64,000 nucleotides of DNA from Verrucomicrobiaceae bacterium (GTDB lineage Bacteria; Verrucomicrobiota; Verrucomicrobiia; Verrucomicrobiales; Akkermansiaceae). Where the stretch lies: the NCBI GenBank assembly GCA_051252135.1, contig JBPOGH010000021.1, positions 9,906 through 73,905 of the forward strand, given 5' to 3'. Below are positions 40,190 to 49,000 of this stretch, piece after piece; the stretch's first letter is position 1; every line of letters begins with the position of its first letter. The translations under genes and the position numbers were made by a program. The notes below the pieces were generated by a model, which saw only the letters and a program-made list of their open reading frames with translations, was not told the origin of the DNA and did not search any database.

Positions 40190-43100
40190 TCAATTCCGAT
40201 AAGGCTTTCCCCTCAAATAGAACGCTCTCGCCTTAACAAACCCCGGAATCAAGGCATCCTCGCCCGCCCCCTTGGCTAGCTCCAAGCCCGTGCTCACCGC
40301 CTTCAACGCCTCGGAATATCGACCCACCTCAGCATACGCTGCTGCCAGAGTATCCCAATAGGTCGCCTGTTTCCCACCCGTCACTTCAATCGCCTTTTCG
40401 GCCCACTGCACCGCCGCCTTCCCATCTCTCACCCGCGCATCCTGATGAGTCGCAAACTGCCACGCCACATTGTTCATCACCACCGGATCCTTCGTCCCGT
40501 TCTGCAGCGCATTGAGATAAAATTTCACCCCTTCTCCGGATTTCCCCTTCGCCATGTACTCATCCCCGATCCAAATCAACAATCGGTCAATATCCCGATG
40601 CAGTCTGAGTTGTGCAAACGCCCGGCGCACGTAATCCGCTCCCGCATCCAGATACCCTCGATCCAACAAATCACGAGGCACATGCAACAAATCAACCGCC
40701 TCCACCGGATCAAGCCAATACCCCTTTCCTCCCAACGCCCAATCCCGAATCCCTGAGGCCTCTCGATCCCCTTTCAAAGCCTCATCCATGACCTCACCGA
40801 GATCGCTGACTGAAATCTGACCACGACTGAACGCCACCAACTCCCCCTTCCCATTGACCAAAAAAGACGAAGGCGCCGAAAAATCATCCCCCGTCTTGTA
40901 GAGTCTGCTGAGAATATCTGCCAGAAGTGCCAGCGAAGCTTCATCCACTTTCCCCCAATTGAAGGGAATCTCCCGCTCCTTCACAAACCTCCCTGCTTCC
41001 TCCAGCGACACCTCCCGATTCACCATCAATCCCAAAACCGCGACCTCCCTCGGAAACTCGCCCCAATCCCTCTTCCATTCATCCAACTCCTCCTCACATT
41101 CCACGCAGGTCGGATCCCACATGTTTAGGAGAAAAGGCCGTCCCGTCGCGGGATGCCACATCATCTTTTTCCCTTCCTGATCGTCGTAAAAGAAAGGAGG
41201 CAGCGGCACCGCCAGAGGCAGCCGGGACCATGGCGAACCCTGGCCTCCCTTCCCTGCCAAAGCCCCTTCTTCCGGTTGCTTACCCCCCACTACCTTCACC
41301 TCCTTCAAAACGCCTAATCCACGCCGACAAAGATAACGCTTCCCTGATTTGACAGCACCCATCTCTTCCCACTCTCCGTCCGGCCAACGTACCCGAATCC
41401 CCTCAATCTCCTCATCCCCCAACCCAATGTGAAGCCACCTGCTCGATTGACCTAAAAAACCCTCTCCTGCACGGAGACTCCTGAGCAGCTTCCGTCCATT
41501 CCCAAGGGCCACTTCCACCCGCGCACCCAATGGATCCAGAAACGCGTCCGACTCAAGTCCCACCTGAATCCACTCTCCTGGACCCGACACCTCATTTTTC
41601 AAAAACCGAACCCGCGGCGCGGTTCGGTTCGACATCCACACATCCATCCGCCCGTCCGCATCCCAGTCGACCAAGGCCAACGCCCTCGAATCATCGGGAA
41701 AATCAAATCCGCTCGCTGCTGACATCGTCGCAAATCGCTGCCCGTCCAGATTCAAAAATGCACAATTCTTCTCCCTCCCGCTCAACGAGCCACCCGTCCT
41801 CAACCGATACGTCATTTCCTCCCAATGCTGCCGGTGCACCGAATCCGGATTCTCCAGCTCCTTCTCAATCTCTTCCTCAACCGGCGTCCGCGACAGAACC
41901 TGTCGCCACCAGAAACTTCACAAATCGTCCGGATCCTTGCCCGTCACAAAACCATTCGCCACCAACAAATCCTCCCGCGAATCATTGTTCAAATCCACCG
42001 CCATCGACGCCCAACTCCAGCGACCCATCGCAATCCCGCTCGCCGTCGAACAATCCTCAAAGGTCGTCCCCCCAAGATTTCGCAACATCGTATTCCCCCT
42101 CGCCATCGCCAACATCGTCTCCCTCACACTCTGATCCTTCCCCGCCTGAAACCAATCCTGCCGCGCAATCCGGTTTCCCGCCCCCGAATACATATTGCTG
42201 ATATGAAGATCAAATCGCCCGTCCTGATCAAAATCCGCCGCCGTCATCCCCATTCCAAACCCGCCATCCTTCACCCCCGGCGCATCCGAATGATCCTCAA
42301 ACCTCCCCTCCCCCACATTCCTGAAATAATTGTTCGGCCCAAAATCATTCACCACAAAAAGGTCCTGCCATCCGTCATTGTCAAAGTCCTCCCACAGACA
42401 CGCAAAGCTCAACCGGTTGTTCCCCGCCTCCAGCCCCGCCTCTTCCGTCGCATCCACAAACACCCACTCCCCTTCATTTCTCAACAGCACATTCCGACCC
42501 CCGTTCCGGGCGTCATAGACCGGATAAGGATGGGGAAACGCTCCCCTCGCAGGCTCTCCATCCTCTCCCACCGTCCCGTGATACTGGCACACAAACACAT
42601 CCGGATCACCATCCCGGTCAAAGTCCGACGCCCCCATCCCATACCCGTGGGGTAACGACTTCAGCCGAAATTTCTCCGTAAAATGTCCCTCCCCGTCGTT
42701 GCTCAAAAACACCACCCCCGCCGCCGTCGTCAACACCACATCCCGGTCCCGATCACCATCCAAATCCACAAACAACGCCGCACCCGTATTATCCCGAATC
42801 TCCAGCCCACTCCCCTCGGCCTCCACCAATGCCCCCTCCTCCGTCCGCAACCACAGCCGATTCCTTAGCCCCGCAATCTGACAAAGATACACATCCTCCA
42901 GCCCATCCCCGTTCACATCCGCCACCGAAATCCCCGTCTCCCCAAATTGATCCGGCTCAAACTCCGCCGGCACCCGCTCCCGCCAGTAAAAATTCTCCTC
43001 CATCAACTCCCCGTCATCGCCAGCCCCCTCCGGTAGCAATCCGCTCGTCCGCTCCACAAATATCCGCGCCCCCTGCACCCGGACCACCTGCCCCGATACC

Positions 43101-43603
43101 GCCTCCGCTCCCAAAAGCCGCAACTCCTCACCCGCCACCTTCCACTTCGATTCCCACCGACCGTTATACTCCGTCCGGTCCTTCCCCTCCACCAACACCG
43201 AGACCAACTGCGTCGTCTCCAGAACATCCCCCGCCACCCTTACCCCGATCACTTTGAATTTCGACGTCGACACCGCCCCCTCCCCCCAACTCTCCGGCCA
43301 CTTCTGCAGCGCACCCAAAAATTCATCCACCCCCGCCACCTTCTCCCCACTTGCCACCATCTCCCGCACCGCGATCCCCCCCTTCAGAACCTCCTCTTCA
43401 TCCTCCGGACCATCCAACTCACCCACACAATCCTCCGCCACATGAACCTTAAAATCCTCCTTCGCCTCACCCACATCCCAGAGGTGGCTCAACTCCTTCC
43501 ACACCTCCCCCGCCTTCGACGCCAATTCCTCCTCCCGTTGCCCCTGGTCTCCCCATGCCAGACCCCCAACAGTCACCAAATAAAAAACAATTCCCCTCAA
43601 CAT
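40190..43603 (-). CDS. Candidate selenoprotein: FG-GAP/VCBS (CRTAC1-like) - ASPIC/UnbV - redoxin (CxxC) - TPR protein, 1137 aa, Sec at codon 562 (TGA 41918-41920)
   Basis: Track ORFs 41918..43804 and 40190..41839 are in one frame, separated only by one TGA: ...NGFVTGKDPDDL-U-SFWWRQVLSRTP...SVHRQHW...SLSGREKN. FG-GAP repeats occur on both sides. Start ATG 43603 (MLRGIVFYLVTVGGLAWG signal peptide). Confidence 0.8.
41890..41906 (-). promoter_or_regulatory. Bacterial SECIS element
   Basis: UGA + 11 nt (AGUUUCUGGUG) + perfect 7-bp stem GCGACAG-GUU-CUGUCGC. Spacing and apical sequence resemble the E. coli fdhF SECIS (GCAGGUCUGC). Confidence 0.75.
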
Positions 43604-43612
43604 CTTCCCTAG

Positions 43613-43821
43613 GGAAGCGCTGATGAAAGAGGGAGTTCGCTGCTGCAAATCATTTTGAAGTCTGGCAAGACGCAAAGGGCGACGCTGATCATCAGCGGCT
43701 CCCTGAGCAACGCCACCAGACTCCAAAAGGGCTGCAGCTCCTCTTTCCACGGAAGCCAAGCTTCCCTGGCTAAAAAATCCTCTAAACCGTTCAGCGTGCT
43801 TCATCTTTCATCAGTGTTTCC
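43613..43821. mobile_element. MITE family A, full copy (209 bp, IS5-like ends)
   Basis: TIR GGAAGCGCTGATGAAAGA / GGAAACACTGATGAAAGA; flanked by CTAG and CTAA; about 90% identical (counted by eye) to 61588-61796. Confidence 0.9.
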
Positions 43822-43910
43822 CTAAGATTAAAACGAAACAAGATCCTCGAAAAACAAAAAGACAGGGCATCCAAAAAACACCCTGCCTGTGAATCATCAA
43901 ATCCCGCATC

Positions 43911-45866
43911 CTACGGCGTCGGAATCATCCCCTCCTTCAAACGGAAGAACTGCACCGGCTGCGTCCCGATATCAAACAAAAGGCTCAGCTCCTCCGTCGA
44001 ACCGGCCGCATCAAACTGCGACCCCGGAAGTGGCGCGAAATCATTCAAGCTCGTCCCGACCTCCAAATGATAAGTCCTGCCATTGCGCAGATTGACCGCC
44101 GTGAAATCCGCCTGATCGGACGAAACATCCACCCGCCAATCGACAATCCGTAAGGTCGTATCCACCGGCCCCGCTTGCACAATCTGGAATCCCGCTACCC
44201 CCGAGTTCGTTCCCAGTCTCGTGTGCGTGATCTTCAGATCTCCCTCCGTGATACTCCGAAAAATGGCGACCTGGGACGAAGGATTCGAGGCATCCGTGCT
44301 TTCCGTCACCACATAATCATCCAGCTGAAACCCTCCCTGGGAAGCATTCGTCGTGAAGTCGTAGCGACCCAGCTCAACATCACCCGCTCCCGAGATCGAA
44401 ATCTCCCCGATCCGGTCGTTTCCGTCCGATGCAAAGTAAACATAAACGTCGTAAGCCGCATAAGGCATATCCGAGAGCTCGATCGTCAGCTCCTCCGCCA
44501 AATCCGTGTTATCGATATAACCGGTAAACAACTTGGAATCTCCGCCATAGGTCGCGTCAGCACCCGGAATCCGGTTTCCGATCTGCCAGATCGTATCGGC
44601 AGCCCAGGAAATCGACGTTCCCGCCGTATTCGTCAGGTTCACCCCGTCACTGTCAAACAACGCCAGATTCTCCAGACTGCTGTTATCGCCCACGATCGAT
44701 CCCGCCACCGAATTGACCCAACCCCTCATCGCCACTTCCGGATATCCCGCAATCTCCCCGCTCGCGAGAGGAGCACCATCACCGGCTCCACTCACAAAGT
44801 TCACCCCAAAGCCCACCACCGATGTCACCGGACTTGCCGCATCCACCGGACTACTGCCATCCGCCACTTCCTGACCGTCAAACCGACCGTCACCGTCCGT
44901 ATCCACCTTCAAGGGATCACTGCCATAATCAGTCTCATCAACAAAGGTCCCGCTTCCACTCTCCGGACCATCCTTCAACCCATCATTGTCCGTATCCTCG
45001 TCAAGCGGATCGGTCCCCTTGTCAAATTCGTTCCCGTCATTGGAACCGTCCATGTCCGTATCCGGATTCTGCGGATCGGTCTCATCATTAAACTCATCAA
45101 GATTCGTCCGGTTATCTCCATCCGGATCCCCGCTCGCACCATTGTCAGGATTAACCGAACCGTCATCGGTGTCATCCAATCCATGCTCGTTTTCCCACTC
45201 CACCGGAAGACCATCGCCGTCCGCGTCCACCCCACTGCTCGTTTCCAGCCGAATATTGTCAAAATGGGACCGCCCTCCGGTGCTGTTGTCACCCAAAAGA
45301 ATTACAATCGTCCCCGTCGGCGGCGTCGGCCCGCTCTCAAAGATCAAGGGCGGCGCCGTCCCAAACGTCCCCGCCGGCACATTGGCCTCCGCATCCCATT
45401 CTCCCGATGCCACCAACAACGGATCCGTCAGCACCGCCGCCGTATCGGCCGCCGTTGCCAAACCCAAATTGTCCACCCCGCTCAACAAACCGTAGACCGT
45501 GGCATTCCCCGCCGTTGTGTGACCTCCCCGATTTCCCGCGGACACCTTCAAGGTGTATACGGTATCAGCCTCCCACACCACTCCGGTATCAATCCAAATG
45601 TAATACCCGTTCGAAAGCCCCACATGTTGAGCCCCTTCAGCCGAAAATCCGCCAATGTTCTCAATAAAGGAATTCGCCGAGTCATCTCCGTCCCGCTCAC
45701 TCCAACCTTGCAAAAGATTCACCCACCCTCCCGGACCCTGGGCCGGTTCCTCAAACCCCGCGTTATTGATCGAAACCGGCGCCGCCACGAGCGGGAGTGC
45801 CGATAAAAGGAGAAAAACCAAGGCTCTCAAGCCTCCATGCGATTGGAATAAGCTAAGTCGTTTCAT
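43911..45866 (-). CDS. Secreted protein: jelly-roll/CBM-like domain, Asp-rich Ca-binding (TSP3-like) repeats, C-terminal motif
   Basis: Signal peptide; NAGFEE...FDNIRL; DADGDGLP, DPDGD, DTDMDG, DTDNDG, DTDGDG repeats; ends QFFRLKE. Start approximate. Confidence 0.8.
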   Translation of the reverse strand: MKRLSLFQSHGGLRALVFLLLSALPLVAAPVSINNAGFEEPAQGPGGWVNLLQGWSERDGDDSANSFIENIGGFSAEGAQHVGLSNGYYIWIDTGVVWEADTVYTLKVSAGNRGGHTTAGNATVYGLLSGVDNLGLATAADTAAVLTDPLLVASGEWDAEANVPAGTFGTAPPLIFESGPTPPTGTIVILLGDNSTGGRSHFDNIRLETSSGVDADGDGLPVEWENEHGLDDTDDGSVNPDNGASGDPDGDNRTNLDEFNDETDPQNPDTDMDGSNDGNEFDKGTDPLDEDTDNDGLKDGPESGSGTFVDETDYGSDPLKVDTDGDGRFDGQEVADGSSPVDAASPVTSVVGFGVNFVSGAGDGAPLASGEIAGYPEVAMRGWVNSVAGSIVGDNSSLENLALFDSDGVNLTNTAGTSISWAADTIWQIGNRIPGADATYGGDSKLFTGYIDNTDLAEELTIELSDMPYAAYDVYVYFASDGNDRIGEISISGAGDVELGRYDFTTNASQGGFQLDDYVVTESTDASNPSSQVAIFRSITEGDLKITHTRLGTNSGVAGFQIVQAGPVDTTLRIVDWRVDVSSDQADFTAVNLRNGRTYHLEVGTSLNDFAPLPGSQFDAAGSTEELSLLFDIGTQPVQFFRLKEGMIPTP

Positions 45867-46026
45867 CAGGATAAAGAATTTCGGTTCCATCAGGAGAATC
45901 ATTTTTCCTGAATCTCGTGAGGGATAGCACACCTCTCTCCAGCCGTTAATCAAAAATGTTCATTATTTTCATGAACAACCTTTCCGATTGAGGCCTCGAC
46001 ATTGGCCTGCTACTCTTTCCGCCTTG

Positions 46027-49000
46027 ATGACCGCTCCATTCCGCTTTCTTTTTCTCATCCTGCCCATCGTCGCTCACGCCGCTCCGGTGTCGGTTGGTGA
46101 TCACTCCTTCGAATCCAACGCACTCGCCAGCGGAGGCTGGACAAACGACCTCTCCCCCGAATGGCTGGAAACCGGAGGGGCCAACAATGGCTCCGGATTC
46201 GAGGAATACATCAATGGATTCTTCGCCCACGGAACCGATCACCTCGGCCTCAATTCCGGCCACAACGTCTGGCAGGACCTCGCCACCACCTACGCCTCAA
46301 ACACCACCTACACCCTCACCGTCGCCGTCGGGAACCGTGCCGGACAAACCGCCGCCGGAAATCAATCCATCTACTCACTCCGCGATCCAAACAACTCAAC
46401 CTACGCCTCCGCCTCCGCAAACGCTTCCGCCATCGCCGGTGCCGGAAATTTCGCCGACGCCCCCCCTCTCACCTTCGACACCTCGACCAATCCCGCCGCC
46501 GTGGGCGAGACCATCCGCATCCACCTCTCCGCCGGAAACTCCGGCCGCACCCACTTCGATCACATTCGTCTCGATGCCACCCCAAACCTTCCCGATGGCA
46601 CCGCTCAACTGACCAACGGAAACGCCTCCGCCATCACCGACTCCTCCGCCACCATCGGCGGCACTGTCACAGACATCGGTGATGATGCCCCCACCATCAC
46701 CCTCTTCTACGGTCCCACCGACGGCGGCACCGATCCCGGAACCTGGGCCTCCTCCCTCAATCTCCCCGGAACCCACAGCAGCTCCTTTTCCGGTGCCATC
46801 TCCGGCCTCAATCCCGCCCAGGAATACTTCTTCGCCGCCCGCGCCACCAACTCCGGCGGCTCCTCATGGGCCACCCCATCCTCGAGCTTCGAGACCCTGC
46901 CCGCCCTTCCCACCGTCACCCAATCCGCCTCCTCCTCCGTCACAGCCACTTCCGCCGGACTCTCCGCCACCATCACCGATACCGGAGGAGATCTCCCCAC
47001 CGTCGTCTTCTACTACGGAACATCCGATGGCGGAACCACCACCGGCAATTGGACCAACTCGATCTCACTCGGACAAACTTCATCCACCGTCTCAACCACC
47101 CTCACTGGCCTGAACACCTCGACCACCTATTTCTTCCGCGCCCGTGCCACCAACGCGGCGGGCTCATCCTGGTCCCCTTCCTCAGCCAGCTTCACCACCA
47201 CCACCGTCACCCCGCCCTCCATCGTCAACCGCGATCCCGCGAACCTCACCGGCACCAGCGCCTCACTCCGTGGCGAGGTCACCGATAACGGATCCGACAC
47301 CCCCACCGTGACCCTCTACTACGGCACCACCGATGGCGGCACCACTCCGGGCTCATGGCAAACCTTCATCAACGTCGGCCCTGAAAACGGAAACTTCAGC
47401 CGCTTCGTTTCCGGCCTCACCCCGGAAACCACCTACTTCTTCACCTCCCGCGCCACCAACCTCGCCGGCACCGCCTGGGCACCCGCCTCAGCCACCTTCA
47501 CCACCCCCGCCGCCCTCCCCTCTTCGATCGTCATCAATGAAATCCACTACGACCCGCTCGATGAAACCAGCGCCGAGGAGTTCATCGAACTCTACAACCC
47601 CGGCTCCCAGCTCGTCGATCTCTCCGGATGGCAGCTAACCGATGCCGTCACCTTCACCTTCCCCTCCGGAACCACCATCGCCCCCGGAGATTTTGTCATC
47701 ATCGCCCAGGACCCCTCACGCATCAGCACCGTCTTTGGAAAAACCGCCCTCGGCCCGTGGACCGGTTCCCTCAACAACCAGGGTGAGGAAATTGATCTCC
47801 GCGATCCCTCCGGCACCCTGCAGGATCAGGTCAACTACGATGCCGGTTTCCCCTGGCCCACCGGTGCCCGCGGCGGTGGCGGCTCCATGGAACTCCTCAA
47901 TCCCGCCCTCGACAACGATCTCTCCGGCTCCTGGCGCGTCTCCGGCACCACTTCCGCCAACCCCTCCGTCACCACCTTCGTTCCCGAGGCCGACACCGAC
48001 TGGCACTACCGCAAGGGAACCTCGGAGGCCTCCTCACCCGTCTCCGATTGGCGGCAAATCAACTTCACCGAGGACGGCTCCTGGCTCACCGGACAGGCTC
48101 CCTTCGGCTTCGGTGACAATGACGACAATACCGTCCTTTCCGACATGCAAGGGTCCTACTCTTCCGTCTACCTCCGGCAGGAATTCACCGTCGATCCACT
48201 CAATATCCCCCAGCAACTCACCCTCCGCGTCTATGTCGATGACGGAGCCATCATCTGGATCAACGGAGACGAAGTGGAACGCACCCATGTCGATGACGGT
48301 CAAATCCCCTTCGATGGCACCGGTAATAACCACGAAGCTGCTTGGGAGGAATTTACCATTCCGGCAGCCGGAAACTACCTCGTCGGCGGCACCAATGTCA
48401 TCGCCATCCACGCTCTCAACGTCGGCCGGGGAAGCTCGGATTTCTCCATCGACGCCTCCCTCACCTCTGGATCCTCCACCGGCGGTAATGGCACCCCCAC
48501 CCCCGGCGCCTTCAACTCATCCTTCTCCACTCTCACCCCTCCCGCCATCAGACAAGTCGACCATTCACCGGAGGCCCCCACCGACTCAGACCCCGTCACC
48601 ATCACCGCCAAAATCACCGACCCCGAAGGCATGGGACCCGTCACCCTCGACTACCAAACCGTCGATCCCGGCTCATACATTCGCCAAACCGATCCCCTCT
48701 ATGACACCTCCTGGACCACCGTCACCATGGTGGACGACGGCACCTCCGGCGACCTCCTTGCCGATGACTCCATCTACACCGTCGTCCTCCCCGCCTCCCT
48801 CCAAAACCACCGCCGTCTCGTCCGCTACCGTATTCACTTCGAAGACAGCGCCGGTGCCTCTGACACCGCACCTTACGCCGACGACAAACAACCAAACTTC
48901 GCCTACTTCTGCTACAATGGCACCCCCTCATGGGCCGGATCATTCACTCCCACCAGCGCCACCGAGACCTTCCCTCCCGAACTGATGGGAAGCCTTCCCA

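Noticed and set aside
4379..41920. Genome-wide reassignment of TGA to Trp or Gly as the explanation for in-frame TGAs
   Set aside because: TGA is the true stop of conserved genes (hisS with ATGA overlap, nadD, tilS, folB), TGG is used for Trp, and long genes have no internal TGA.
43604..43804. N-terminal extension of ORF 41918..43804 and the similar ORF 61567..61806
   Set aside because: Both are open frames through MITE A; the signal peptide begins at ATG 43603.
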